Positions 12,533 through 23,095 of a stretch of 64,000 nt of DNA are shown one piece after another. The DNA is taken from assembly GCA_964447405.1 (NCBI GenBank), contig CAYUSP010000003.1:384135-448134 (forward strand), in the 5' to 3' direction. Below the pieces are notes generated by a model. It was not told the origin of the DNA. It ran no database searches and saw only the letters and a program-made list of their open reading frames with translations. A program made the position numbers and the translations under genes. The DNA comes from an uncultured Nitrospiraceae bacterium (GTDB lineage Bacteria > Nitrospirota > UBA9217). Within the stretch, counting starts at the first letter, position 1. Every line of letters starts with the position of its first letter.

Positions 12533-13345
12533 TTACATCCTCAAAACCATGGAGATAGCACCGGTTTCGCAAACTCTCCGGCAAAGGCCGCAGCCGAAAC
12601 ATTTATGCGGATCTACATGGGCATGATGCTCGCCGTGATGCTGATGGCTGCTGATGGCCTGGAAATGGCACTCAGCATCGCACAGACCGCAGCCTGAGCA
12701 AAGCTTTTCGTCCACAACAGCCACTTGCTCAGCCCGTTCCATGGTCTCGACCGTGGTCCGGGAGAGCGTCAGCATGGCGAGGCAGTCCTGTGGTTTGCAA
12801 TTGCAAATGGCGCCGATGAACGGGGTCATCATGGTCCAGATGGTATGGATCGAGCCCTGCTCTTCCATCTCCTTCATCTGCATTATAGCCGTGTCCGGGG
12901 CGATGGATTCCAGGCCTTCATCGGACGCCTTGCCAAAGTACCCCATGTCGATCGCATTGTACCAGGGCTCGGGGCCATAGCTCACCGCATAGCAGCAGCG
13001 CTCGTCCTTCTTCTCGATGTTCCACCTGCATGCGCAGGGCATGCGCACCACGGTCCTTGCCCTGTTCACGACCTCACTGATCTCCTCGATAGGCAGCACC
13101 TGGCCGAAATGTTCCGCCTTGGCCTTCTGCTGCATTGCGTTTGCGACCGCAGCTGGTAGCTTGCCCTTTTTCCGAACAATGGTCTCAAGGCGGCCCAGAG
13201 TCTGAAATCCCTCAGAGAATGCCGATGAGAGAAAGTTCTCGATGTACTTGCGCCGCGTCAGATCGGACAGCAGGTCCTGTCCGTAGTTCGCCGCGTTCTT
13301 GTACCAGATCTTGCCGTCGCCGTGCTTTGTACAGAATTCACACAT
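12533..13345 (-). CDS. Fe-S cluster protein with C-terminal 2x[4Fe-4S] ferredoxin motifs and a His-rich stretch
   Basis: CSGCGLCDAEC and CFGCGLCRRVC motifs, HQHHGEHHAHVDPH, extra Cys pairs (MCEFC, CACRW, RCC); no confident family. Confidence 0.5.
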   Translation of the reverse strand: MCEFCTKHGDGKIWYKNAANYGQDLLSDLTRRKYIENFLSSAFSEGFQTLGRLETIVRKKGKLPAAVANAMQQKAKAEHFGQVLPIEEISEVVNRARTVVRMPCACRWNIEKKDERCCYAVSYGPEPWYNAIDMGYFGKASDEGLESIAPDTAIMQMKEMEEQGSIHTIWTMMTPFIGAICNCKPQDCLAMLTLSRTTVETMERAEQVAVVDEKLCSGCGLCDAECHFQAISSHQHHGEHHAHVDPHKCFGCGLCRRVCETGAISMVLRM

Positions 13346-13372
13346 TATTGTCCGCTCCCGTGAATGCGATAG

Positions 13373-15379
13373 TTACTCTACCTTAATCCCGACTGCCATC
13401 TCCTGCTTTCTGAGTGACCGGATCTTGTCCCGGAGCCCGGCAGCTGTTTCGAAATCCAGCTCCTTTGCCGCTGCTCGCATCTGCTTTTCGAGCGCAGCAA
13501 CAAGCGCGGGAATGTTGACCGTCGGCACATACTCGCCTGCCTCTTCAGCCGCGATCGGCACGGTAAAGTAATCCTGCTCGTACACGGTGCGAAGCGTTGC
13601 CTGGATATTCCTTTTGATCGACTGCGGTGTGATACCATTCTTTCTATTGTATTCCTCTTGCACCGCGCGCCGCCGGTCAGTCTCGGCAATGGCAATCGTC
13701 ATGGACTTCGTCATGGTGTCCGCATACAGGATGACCTCGCCGTTCACATTCCGGGCAGCCCGGCCCATGGTCTGAATGAGGGAGCGGGCCGATCGAAGAA
13801 ATCCCTCCTTGTCTGCGTCAAGAATCGCGACGAGCGACACCTCGGGGATATCAAGCCCTTCCCGCAGCAGATTTATGCCGATCAGCACATCGTACTTGCC
13901 CAGGCGAAGGTCCCTGATTATGTCCACACGTTCCAGGGTATCGACATCGGAATGCAGATACGCCACCTTTACGTTTAGTTCCTTATAATGCTCAGTAAGG
14001 TCCTCCGCCATGCGCTTCGTCAGTGTGGTCACGAGTACGCGTTCCTTGGCTTCCGCCCGTTTCCGGATCTCGTTCAGCAGATCATCAACCTGTCCCTTGA
14101 CAGCTCGGACCTCGATTTTCGGATCAATGAGTCCCGTGGGCCTGATGACCTGCTCGATGATGCGGCTGCCGGACCGCTCAATCTCATAATCCGCCGGCGT
14201 GGCGGATACATATACGATCTGGTTTGTCCTCGCGCAGAATTCCTCGAAATTAAGGGGCCTGTTGTCAAGCGCGGACGGCAAACGGAATCCATAATCCACG
14301 AGCGTGGTTTTTCTAGCCCGGTCGCCATTGTACATGCCGCCGATCTGCGGGATCGTGGCATGCGACTCGTCCGCGACCAGCAGATAATTCTTGGGGAAAT
14401 AATCAAGCAGTGTCGGCGGCGGCTCGCCCGGTGCCCGGCCCGAGAGATGGCGCGAATAGTTCTCGATCCCGTGGCAGAATCCCATTTCCTGGATCATCTC
14501 GAGATCGAACATCGTGCGCTGTTCTATCCGCTGCGCCTCGATCAGTTTGTTCGCCTTCCTGAAGTACTGGATTCGTTCCCTGAGTTCTTCATGAATGCCG
14601 TCGATCGCGGCCTTCATCCGAGATTCCGGAATGACATAATGGCTGTTCGGGTAGACCGCGATCTTTTCCAGCTTGTGCAGCGGTGTTCCCAGGAGCGGAT
14701 CGAATTCGGAGATCATGTCGATCTCATCCCCGAACATCTCGATCCGGATCGCCGTGCTCTCATGAGACGCGGGAAATATCTCGACTACGTCGCCGCGCAC
14801 ACGAAAAGTTCCGCGCTGAAAATCAAAATCGTTCCGTGAGTACTGAATGTCGACAAGCTTTCTGAGTATCTCGTTCCGATCCAGGCGCTGCCCCTTTTCC
14901 AGGAACAGGAGCATGCCGTGGTATGCTTCGGGAGAACCCAAACCATAGATGCACGATACCGATGCTACGACAATGACATCATTTCGCTCTAGCAGAGCGT
15001 TCGTTGCTGAGTGCCGCATGCGGTCGATCTGTTCGTTTATGGATGAATCCTTGTCAATGTATGTGTCCGTCGTCGGGAGGTACGCTTCCGGCTGGTAATA
15101 ATCATAATAAGACACAAAATACTCTACGGCATTGCCGGGGAAAAGCTCCTTGAACTCATTATACAGCTGGGCGGCCAGGGTCTTATTGTGCGCGATCACC
15201 AGCGTCGGCTTCCGCACCTGCTGGATCACATTGGCAATGGTGTAGGTCTTGCCCGAACCCGTCACCCCAAGCAGGACCTGGTGGCTAAGGCCCTTGTTGA
15301 TGCCTTCACAGAGTTTATCTATGGCTTGCGGCTGATCCCCTGTGGGTTTGAACGTAGATACCAGGTTGAATTCAGGCAT
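13373..15379 (-). CDS. uvrB: Excinuclease ABC subunit B
   Basis: 668 aa; helicase motifs [13 protein letters not shown]-terminal UVR domain (LRKQ...[14 protein letters not shown]). Confidence 0.93.
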   Translation of the reverse strand: MPEFNLVSTFKPTGDQPQAIDKLCEGINKGLSHQVLLGVTGSGKTYTIANVIQQVRKPTLVIAHNKTLAAQLYNEFKELFPGNAVEYFVSYYDYYQPEAYLPTTDTYIDKDSSINEQIDRMRHSATNALLERNDVIVVASVSCIYGLGSPEAYHGMLLFLEKGQRLDRNEILRKLVDIQYSRNDFDFQRGTFRVRGDVVEIFPASHESTAIRIEMFGDEIDMISEFDPLLGTPLHKLEKIAVYPNSHYVIPESRMKAAIDGIHEELRERIQYFRKANKLIEAQRIEQRTMFDLEMIQEMGFCHGIENYSRHLSGRAPGEPPPTLLDYFPKNYLLVADESHATIPQIGGMYNGDRARKTTLVDYGFRLPSALDNRPLNFEEFCARTNQIVYVSATPADYEIERSGSRIIEQVIRPTGLIDPKIEVRAVKGQVDDLLNEIRKRAEAKERVLVTTLTKRMAEDLTEHYKELNVKVAYLHSDVDTLERVDIIRDLRLGKYDVLIGINLLREGLDIPEVSLVAILDADKEGFLRSARSLIQTMGRAARNVNGEVILYADTMTKSMTIAIAETDRRRAVQEEYNRKNGITPQSIKRNIQATLRTVYEQDYFTVPIAAEEAGEYVPTVNIPALVAALEKQMRAAAKELDFETAAGLRDKIRSLRKQEMAVGIKVE

Positions 15380-15601
15380 AAAATGATATTACTCCCGGAG
15401 CAGTACCGTGTCAATGATACAGACCGGAACATTGATAACCTGTAGATGGCCAACTTTTTCCGCGATTTGCGATTGCTTGCCCTACACTTCCTGAAAATAA
15501 GGCACTACGGTTGGAACCGGATCACAAATCATTCGTAACTATCGAATATACTGCAATATTCCAATAACACTTTAAATAAAGTTTAGCACTAAAAATAAAT
15601 G

Positions 15602-15630
15602 TTGACAATACCAAAAAACTTATGTATTAT
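15602..15630 (+). promoter_or_regulatory. Near-consensus sigma70 promoter (TTGACA-17-TATTAT) upstream of the 15723 gene
   Basis: gTTGACAataccaaaaaacttatgTATTATtcc, about 90 bp upstream of the ATG. Confidence 0.5.
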
Positions 15631-15722
15631 TCCTTCAAGCATTGATCTTTCAATTCGCATAGAGTTATTTGTTGGCAGGCACAATCTCGGACATGTTTTC
15701 AACCACACGAAGGAGGCTAATC

Positions 15723-16439
15723 ATGAAGAAGCATTTCATCAGCATCATTCTGGTCATCGTCGCAGTCATCGCTTTACCAGCAACGGGTCTTACCTCTGAA
15801 TCCCTGTCACGCTGCGCTGATAAAGATACGGCATGCAGGAATTTTGAGCAGTTCCTTGAAGCACAGCAGCCGGAAAAGATCATCGAGCAATATAATTCAG
15901 CGATTCCCTACTCTGAGGACGCCCGTATTTTTATCGGCGAGGCTTACCTGGCTATGGCATCGCGAGACAATATCAGCCCCGACGTTGAAGAGAGCTATTA
16001 CCGGAGAGCGATCGAGGTAAAACACAACATTGCTTACATGGGGCTGTATTTCTTCTATGCAGTGAAAGACGAGGAGATGGCTATCGGTTTTCTGCGGGAT
16101 TATTTACAAACCCGGCCGGCTGATACTGTGCCCTATGTTATCCTGGGTGAATATGAGCTGAACAGGATGAATTACGAGCTCGCTGATTCGTACCTGCGGC
16201 TGGCGAAGCAGGTTGCCCATGCGCATTCACCACGTGTAGACTGGCTGCTGTTCCAGACTAGCTACCTTCTGAAAAACTTCACCTTAGCAAAAGAGATGTT
16301 TGAAAGCGCTGTAACAAAAGGCAAGTTTGATAAAGAGCTGAAGGCACTGACTTCCGATCCCCGATTCTCAGAAATCAGCAAACGCCCAGAGTTTTCGCAG
16401 TTTTGCAACTTGCTGAAAGTAGCCATGGCCTACAACTGA
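15723..16439 (+). CDS. Hypothetical secreted protein
   Basis: ATG preceded by GGAGG; signal peptide MKKHFISIILVIVAVIALPA; no recognisable domain. Confidence 0.6.
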   Translation: MKKHFISIILVIVAVIALPATGLTSESLSRCADKDTACRNFEQFLEAQQPEKIIEQYNSAIPYSEDARIFIGEAYLAMASRDNISPDVEESYYRRAIEVKHNIAYMGLYFFYAVKDEEMAIGFLRDYLQTRPADTVPYVILGEYELNRMNYELADSYLRLAKQVAHAHSPRVDWLLFQTSYLLKNFTLAKEMFESAVTKGKFDKELKALTSDPRFSEISKRPEFSQFCNLLKVAMAYN

Positions 16440-16510
16440 CAAATCATTACCGTCCCGCCGCCCAATCATCAGCGCGGCGGGGCATTCCCCTCTTATAGAT
16501 GGAAAGATTA

Positions 16511-16542
16511 ACGCTGGAGCCTAATGGCTCCAGCGTTTTTTA
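16511..16542 (+). terminator. Rho-independent terminator
   Basis: acgctggagcc-taat-ggctccagcgt followed by TTTTT; a second GC hairpin ccgccgc...gcggcgg lies just upstream. Confidence 0.6.
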
Positions 16543-16584
16543 CTTAGTACACGGTTAATCATTTTTTAGACCCCTGACCGTTTT

Positions 16585-17217
16585 TTATCTCCGTATAACG
16601 AGCAGTGCGCGCCGGTCCCCATGTTCGGCTGCATGCATAACCTGATCCCCGCAGCCCTCACCGTATACCATTTCGATCGCCTCCACGAAACCAGGGCTCA
16701 ATAAGCGCGAACCCGGCGCTTTCCGCGTATTGCAATTGAATAGAAAGGCATCGTTGATAGCCGAGAGAACCTCATCGCCGTCCGAGAAATGCATGGGCCA
16801 CAGCAGGCAGACTTTCGGTTTTACCTGCTCCAGCGGCAGGCCGAGTATCATGGCGACAGTATGCAGAGAGCAGTGGGTCCGGTGATTGGACCAGTAGGCG
16901 AAAAGGCAGAGACCGTCCTCATTCGTGTCGATGGAGAAAAGCCCGGGTTCCTCATTTTCGAAAACGTTATCGTATCCCCCGCCGGCTATTAAATGCGGGC
17001 AGAGTTTCGCTGCCTCGGGCAGGACCCTGATAATCCTGTTCATTTCCGCGGTGGTGACACATACCTCATACGAGGAGCAGCAGCACTTCTCGCCTCTGGC
17101 GCAGCCGTTGCAGTTATTCTCGAGCAACTGAAGAGACTCAACGTCGACCTCCACGCTGCTGCGCTGATGCTGCGGCGGTCGTTTTGTGCGCCTCTGTTTC
17201 GGACTTTTCGATGGCAT
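16585..17217 (-). CDS. Cysteine-cluster protein (YkgJ/CxxCxxCC-type, putative Fe-S or Zn binding)
   Basis: NCNGCARGEKCCC motif plus several additional Cys; basic N-terminus. Confidence 0.45.
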   Translation of the reverse strand: MPSKSPKQRRTKRPPQHQRSSVEVDVESLQLLENNCNGCARGEKCCCSSYEVCVTTAEMNRIIRVLPEAAKLCPHLIAGGGYDNVFENEEPGLFSIDTNEDGLCLFAYWSNHRTHCSLHTVAMILGLPLEQVKPKVCLLWPMHFSDGDEVLSAINDAFLFNCNTRKAPGSRLLSPGFVEAIEMVYGEGCGDQVMHAAEHGDRRALLVIRR

Positions 17218-17353
17218 TGGATTTAAGGAGAGCGGGGAATGAGGCTGTTGGTTTTTAAACGAGGCGATCCCCGCTCTTTTTCAGATGACTTCAAAGCCGC
17301 ATTCTGCGTTTATTTGACCGGTGCTTAGAGCTGAACTCAGCCTATGAGGAGCT

Positions 17354-17536
17354 TCATGTGGGGCCGCAGTTCATGGAGCAGGCGTTTGCCGTTTTTCTGT
17401 GATCCAGTGGTTCATGGCACTTCTTGTACTTCTTGTTGCTGCCGCACCAGCAGGGTTCGTTCCTGCCTGGTAGCTTTTGCGGCATACCCTCGTCCCTGCT
17501 GCTGAGCAAAGCTCCAAGTTTGTCAATGATACCCAT
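17354..17536 (-). CDS. Small SEC-C motif protein
   Basis: 60 aa ORF with EPCWCGSNKKYKKCH, the SecA C-terminal-type metal-binding motif. Confidence 0.5.
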   Translation of the reverse strand: MGIIDKLGALLSSRDEGMPQKLPGRNEPCWCGSNKKYKKCHEPLDHRKTANACSMNCGPT

Positions 17537-17830
17537 TTCTCACGTCCTGCCTTCCTGAGCATCGAATCGATCACCGCTGTACACAACAAACAACAGATGG
17601 TTCGAGAATGTCACCGGTTTATGGATGGCGGATTATACCTCCCTTATCCTTTGGATGCTACAGGATTTATTAGACCAGCTTGAGAAGGTAAAGTTTTCGG
17701 GAGTTGCAGGCAGGAACTGTAATACCAAAATGATAATGTCCTAATTCGCCAAAATAGAAAAGTCCTATTCCCAGTTACTATGACTCGACCATCAAGGGAG
17801 GGCATTGTGGGGGAAAAGGATATCCTCACG

Positions 17831-17949
17831 ATGAGCAACAGGGAAACAAAACGACTCCATATCATTCATCAGGTATTGAAAAAAAAGTGACACAGGTGGA
17901 CGCAGCAGAACTTATCAGCGTTAGTTCCTTGATAGTGTTTCTTCTATGA
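17831..17949 (+). pseudogene. N-terminal remnant of an IS481-family transposase (frameshifted, truncated)
   Basis: MSNRETKRLHIIHQVLKKK then +1 frame VTQVDAAELISVS matches the HTH N-terminus of IS481-type transposases; frame broken at an A8 homopolymer (17879-17886); only about 40 codons remain. Confidence 0.55.
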
Positions 17950-17961
17950 ATCATGAATTAG

Positions 17962-18855
17962 TTACTTTGTCAGCGAATATTCATCAACAATCTCGCGATC
18001 GATCGTCATAAACTTAAATGTCGCTGTCCGTTCCCCGACTACGACAAGCATCGCCCCATAATTTCTATTATAGCGTGATTGGCTCCCGCTGACGATGGAT
18101 GTGAAATCGTAGATGGATGAACCACCCAGACCGTTTACGAAATAAGGAAAATCGTTTACCAAAATCCTTTCATAGGTATGGTCATGCCCTGAAAAAACAC
18201 AGTCTGCCCCCCACTCCTTGAATGGCCATTGCATAAAAGCATGAGACCCGTGCAGTCCTGATGAAAAGGGTGGATGATGAAAATAAACCATCTTGAAAGC
18301 TTTGCCTGATGATGATAGCTGATTTTTCAGCCAATTCGCCTGGATCGAATCAATCGCTACGCCATCCGGCTCATTGGCATCGGTATTAAGAATAAAAAAC
18401 TGAATCGGTCCCCACGTAAACGTGTAATAGCGCTCGTTGCCGGGAAGGACAAAATATTCAAAAAAGGGCTGTGCCCCGCTCGGGGAAAGCCAGTCATGAT
18501 TTCCCAGAGAGGGGAAAAACCGGTTCTCGACAGACCCTTCACCATAGGTGCCGGAATAGGGATGGATAAATTGGTGATAATATTTCCCAATATTGGCATC
18601 GATCGTTGCCTGTTCGCCATAATAATAATTATTGTCACCGGTAGTTATGATGAAATCGGGATTCCATGATTTGACGAGGTCAGACACCGCCCTGTTGGCG
18701 GGGCCATCGAGGCCATAATCTCCAATGACCGCGAACGTCGATAGTATTGATTGAGGTGGGGTATCCGATCTGTCCCGACAGGCCGGGATCAATAGGAATA
18801 CCAAACAATAAAGCAGCAACGTTGAATGCCAAAATATGCCAGGCCATCGTATCAC
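17962..18855 (-). CDS. Metallophosphoesterase (calcineurin-like / purple acid phosphatase-like), secreted
   Basis: GDYG...GDNNY...GNHD...GHDHTYER metal-ligand motifs; N-terminal hydrophobic segment with Cys. Confidence 0.8.
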   Translation of the reverse strand: MIRWPGIFWHSTLLLYCLVFLLIPACRDRSDTPPQSILSTFAVIGDYGLDGPANRAVSDLVKSWNPDFIITTGDNNYYYGEQATIDANIGKYYHQFIHPYSGTYGEGSVENRFFPSLGNHDWLSPSGAQPFFEYFVLPGNERYYTFTWGPIQFFILNTDANEPDGVAIDSIQANWLKNQLSSSGKAFKMVYFHHPPFSSGLHGSHAFMQWPFKEWGADCVFSGHDHTYERILVNDFPYFVNGLGGSSIYDFTSIVSGSQSRYNRNYGAMLVVVGERTATFKFMTIDREIVDEYSLTK

Positions 18856-19093
18856 GCGATTATGTTAATCCTTCGGGTATTCGTATTTTAAGTCTGAGCT
18901 AAACCATTGTCCGTCTGCGGAATCAATGCACCAATGAGACGATGTCGCTTATGGTGCATGGCGTCTTTCCATGCAATTTCAGCATCAACATTTCTTGCAA
19001 TGCCCTCTCTTTCTCTTCCCGTCTCAGTGGTTAATGATACCATGTTCGCATCGGTAATAGTATTGTTGCAAATCGGCAAAACATTGCAGACCA

Positions 19094-21754
19094 TCAGATC
19101 AGGCTCTTCGACACGATCTCATGCACGTCTTTGGATAACTTCGGCGCTTTCAGGATCCGTTCGAGCTGCGCCCGCATGAGCCCTCTCCGCCCTACCTCGT
19201 AGCGCTTCCACATCGTGAACGAAGACACAAGCCGCGCTGCGATCTGAGGATTCAATGCATCAACGGCCAGCACCTTGTCAGCTAGGAATTCGTACCCCAC
19301 GCCATCGGGTTCGTGGAACCGCACGGAATTGGATGCAAAAGCCCCGATCAGCGAGCGTACCTTGTTTGGGTTCTTGATGCTGAATACCGGATGCGTCATC
19401 AGCTTTTTCACCGTATCGAGTGTGTTTGGCAGGCGCGATGTGGCCTGAATCGCAAGCCATTTGTCCATGACCAGCGGATCATCCTTCCATTTGTCATGGA
19501 ACGCGGCCAGCGCCTCTTCACGCTCCTCGCATTCGCTGTTCGCCAGGTTCGCGAGCGCGCTGATCACATCAGTCATGTTCGTGCCATTCCTGAACTGATC
19601 CTTGCAGAGGTCGCGCACGTCGCGGTCTTCCAGTTCCGAGAGATAAGCGAGGCAGGTGTTCTTGAGGCTCCGCTTCCCGATCGCCACCTGGTCAACACGA
19701 TAGGGGCCGTCATCCCGGTTTGCCTGGTACGTCGCCAGGAGCGGGCCCTTCAGGACAACAGCAAGGGTCTGCTGAACGAACTTTTTCGCCTCATGAATGG
19801 CCAGCGGATCGATTTCCGGCATGAAGTCAGCCAGGTAGGCCTCGGCGGGCAGTACCAGGGTGAAAGCCTGGAACGCTTTGTCCTGCATATTACTTTCGAG
19901 AATGGCCCTGAACGCATCGATGAAAAGATTGTCCAGCGCGAGTAGCTTCCCCTGTTGAAAATCCCGGACCAGATCAAGCAGCAGCTTCGCCGCAAACTGC
20001 TGGCCCGCATCCCATCGGTTGAACTCGTCGGAGTCATGTGACATGAGAATGAGCCGCTCCTCGTCCGTCAAGTCTATTTTCACTTTCACCGGCGCCGAGA
20101 ATCCGCGCAGGATCGAGGGCACGGGTTCGTCAGGGATATCCTGGAACACGAAGGTCTCTTCAGGCTTTTTTATCTCCAGATTTATCGTCCCCGCTTTTCG
20201 GATTCCCTGCTTCCCCGATGCCAGACATATGTCCAGATCTTTCCCGTCCCTTCCGAGGAGTCCAATGGCAACCGGAATATGCATGGGCTTCTTTTCTTTT
20301 TGGTCAGGCGTCGAAGGACAGGTTTGCCTGAATATGAGCGTATACGTCCTCGCCTTCGGGTCATACAACCGCGTGATCGCGAGCTCCGGTGTGCCCGCCT
20401 GCGAGTACCAAAGCTTGAACTGCGAGAGGTCCGCTCCGGTCGCGTCTTCCATGGCTGTTACGAAATCGTCAGTGGTTACAGCCTGTCCGTCGTGGCGAGA
20501 GAAGTAGAGGTCCGTGCCCTTGCGGAAACCTGCGGGACCCAGGATCGTCCGCAGCATCCGGATCACTTCTGCGCCCTTGTTGTATATCGTAAGTGTGTAG
20601 AAATTGTTGATCTCGACGTATGTCTCCGGCCGTACGGGGTGCGCCATGGGCCCTGCATCCTCACGGAACTGGTGCGTGCGCAGGATGTTCACGTCGCTTA
20701 TCCGCTTCACGCCCCGTGATGTCATGTCCTCCATGAAATGCTGGTCACGGAACACGGTGAATCCTTCTTTGAGCGACAGCTGGAACCAGTCGCGGCAGGT
20801 GACGCGGTCGCCTGACCAGTTGTGGAAATACTCGTGCCCAACCACACCCTGGATGCCCTGGTAATCGCCGTCTGTTGCGGTTTCGGGTTTCGCCAGCACG
20901 TATTTCGAATTGAAGACATTCAGACCTTTGTTCTCCATGGCGCCCATGTTAAAGTCGTCCGTGGCCACGATCATGAACAGATCAAGGTCGTACTCTCTGC
21001 CGTATGCCTCCTCGTCCCATCGCATTGCCTGCTTCAGCGATTCCATGGCATGGCCGCATTTGTCCTTGTTGTGATGCTGAACGTAAATGCGGAGCGTCAC
21101 GTCGCGTCCGGACAGGGTCCTGAAGTGGTCCTCGACCAGGGCGAAATCCCCGGCTACTAGCGCGAAGAGATACGCTGGCTTCGGGTACGGGTCATGCCAC
21201 GTTGCCTTGTGCCTGTTGCCCCCGAGATCGACAATGCCGAGTTGATTGCCGTTCGACAACATGAAGGGATATTTTTGTTTATCGCCGACGATCGTCGTCA
21301 TAAACCGAGCCAACACGTCAGGCCGGTCTGGATAATAGGTGATCTTCCTGAATCCCTCTGCCTCACACTGGGTGACGAAGCCGCTGCCAGACATGTAGAG
21401 GCCGGACAGCTCCGTGTTGTCCCGGGGATTTATTTCGGTTTCTATCTCGAGGACAAACCGGTCAGGGGCCGATGTGATCGTAAGCGTTTCAGCGTCAAGC
21501 TTGTAGTGACTCGCATCAAGCAGTTCGCCGTCGAGTTTGATCGACAGGAGCTTGAGGTCTTTCCCATTCAGCACGAACGGGTAAAGACCCTCGCAGTTGT
21601 CACGATTGCACAGCACCGTCAGAAGCGACGTTACGCGCGTACGCTTCTCATCAAGCTCAATCTGCAGATTCACCGTCTCGATATGAAAGTCAGGCGGACG
21701 GTATTCTTTAAGACTGGTTGTCACATGGGATCTTTTGTGTCCCTCTTCGGTCAT
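19094..21754 (-). CDS. pepN: Aminopeptidase N (M1 family)
   Basis: 886 aa; GAMEN exopeptidase motif and HEYFHNWSGDRVTCRDWFQLSLKEGFTVF (HExxH...E zinc site). Confidence 0.92.
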   Translation of the reverse strand: MTEEGHKRSHVTTSLKEYRPPDFHIETVNLQIELDEKRTRVTSLLTVLCNRDNCEGLYPFVLNGKDLKLLSIKLDGELLDASHYKLDAETLTITSAPDRFVLEIETEINPRDNTELSGLYMSGSGFVTQCEAEGFRKITYYPDRPDVLARFMTTIVGDKQKYPFMLSNGNQLGIVDLGGNRHKATWHDPYPKPAYLFALVAGDFALVEDHFRTLSGRDVTLRIYVQHHNKDKCGHAMESLKQAMRWDEEAYGREYDLDLFMIVATDDFNMGAMENKGLNVFNSKYVLAKPETATDGDYQGIQGVVGHEYFHNWSGDRVTCRDWFQLSLKEGFTVFRDQHFMEDMTSRGVKRISDVNILRTHQFREDAGPMAHPVRPETYVEINNFYTLTIYNKGAEVIRMLRTILGPAGFRKGTDLYFSRHDGQAVTTDDFVTAMEDATGADLSQFKLWYSQAGTPELAITRLYDPKARTYTLIFRQTCPSTPDQKEKKPMHIPVAIGLLGRDGKDLDICLASGKQGIRKAGTINLEIKKPEETFVFQDIPDEPVPSILRGFSAPVKVKIDLTDEERLILMSHDSDEFNRWDAGQQFAAKLLLDLVRDFQQGKLLALDNLFIDAFRAILESNMQDKAFQAFTLVLPAEAYLADFMPEIDPLAIHEAKKFVQQTLAVVLKGPLLATYQANRDDGPYRVDQVAIGKRSLKNTCLAYLSELEDRDVRDLCKDQFRNGTNMTDVISALANLANSECEEREEALAAFHDKWKDDPLVMDKWLAIQATSRLPNTLDTVKKLMTHPVFSIKNPNKVRSLIGAFASNSVRFHEPDGVGYEFLADKVLAVDALNPQIAARLVSSFTMWKRYEVGRRGLMRAQLERILKAPKLSKDVHEIVSKSLI

Positions 21755-21874
21755 GAAAGCCTCTTTTCAGTCTTGATTACGGTTGAGTGAACGTGATATG
21801 CGGAGTATCACATACAGCTTCAGAATGGAACGAGCGTACTATATAATTTAGAATGGGGCAAGGGAAAATAGAAG

Positions 21875-23095
21875 TCATTCCGATCTTAGCGACACGATCG
21901 GATCGAACTCTGCAGCCTTCCTGGCCGGATAAATGCCGAAGAATAATCCTATCGCAGCTGAAAATATAAAAGCGACGGCAACAGAAGGCAAGGATATGCT
22001 TGTCGGGAGTTCCGTTGTCCAACCCACAATAAGCGATCCCGAGATCCCCAGCGCAGCGCCAATGATCCCTCCCGCGAGGCTGAGCACCAGTGCTTCCATG
22101 AGAAACTGAAGAAGGATGTCCTTTTTGCGCGCGCCGAGCGCCCTGCGAAGGCCGATCTCCCTGACTCGCTCTTTGATGGATATAAGCATAATCGCGAGAA
22201 TGCCCACGCCGCCGACCAGGAGCGAGATCGCGGCAATGCCGCCGAGAAGCATCGTAAAGGTTTCCGACGTTTCCTGCTCGGCGCGCAGGATGTCCATCTG
22301 GTTTTGTATGCTGAAATCGTTTTCCCTGCCGGGCTTCAACCGGTGGCGCTCGCGAAGGATCGAGGCGATGTCGGCCACTGCCTTGTCCATAAGCGACACG
22401 TCGCGTGCGGCAATGTATATATTGTTAACGTACGTAACGTTCATCAGCCTGCGCATGGCCGTGGTTATCGGGATGAGGATCTGATCGTCGTCATCCTGAC
22501 CAATGGCATTTACGCCCTTTTCCTCAAGTACGCCGATGACTTCGAAAGGCACATTGTTGATCCGGACCATCTCGCCGATGGCCGCGCGATCCTCGAAAAG
22601 ATTTCGAACAACGGTCCTGCCGAGCACTGCGACCCGCAGGGAAGCTCTGACCTCATCCTCGGTAAAGAAGCGGCCCAGCCCGGGCCGGAAATTGCGTATC
22701 TCGGGAAATTCCGGTGTGGTGCCTGACACAACCGTGTTAGAGCTCGTCTCGCCGTATTTGACCAGATATTTTTTCCCCTGGAACGGGGCGGCCTTTGCGA
22801 TTGCCGCGGATTCGGTTGCGAGCGCCACAGCATCGCGCACGGTGAGTGAAGTAGTATTGCCAGTCTGCCTCGGCCTGCCGGCGATAATGCGCACTTTACC
22901 GGCGGTTACGATGATCAGGTTCGTGCCGAGGCCCTGAATCTTCTTCAGGACCGCCTCCTGGGCGCCTCTGCCGATTGCGACCATCAGGACCACGGCAGAT
23001 ACACCGATCACGATGCCGATCACCGCCAGGGCGGTGCGCATCTTATGCGTGCCAAGGGTCTTGAGGGCTATTTTGGTACCTTTGATTAACTTCAT
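21875..23095 (-). CDS. ABC transporter permease, FtsX/MacB family (second permease of a split MacB)
   Basis: 406 aa; N-terminal TM, large periplasmic domain, C-terminal 3 TM with FtsX signature (EIGLRRALGARKKDILLQFLMEA). Confidence 0.85.
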   Translation of the reverse strand: MKLIKGTKIALKTLGTHKMRTALAVIGIVIGVSAVVLMVAIGRGAQEAVLKKIQGLGTNLIIVTAGKVRIIAGRPRQTGNTTSLTVRDAVALATESAAIAKAAPFQGKKYLVKYGETSSNTVVSGTTPEFPEIRNFRPGLGRFFTEDEVRASLRVAVLGRTVVRNLFEDRAAIGEMVRINNVPFEVIGVLEEKGVNAIGQDDDDQILIPITTAMRRLMNVTYVNNIYIAARDVSLMDKAVADIASILRERHRLKPGRENDFSIQNQMDILRAEQETSETFTMLLGGIAAISLLVGGVGILAIMLISIKERVREIGLRRALGARKKDILLQFLMEALVLSLAGGIIGAALGISGSLIVGWTTELPTSISLPSVAVAFIFSAAIGLFFGIYPARKAAEFDPIVSLRSE

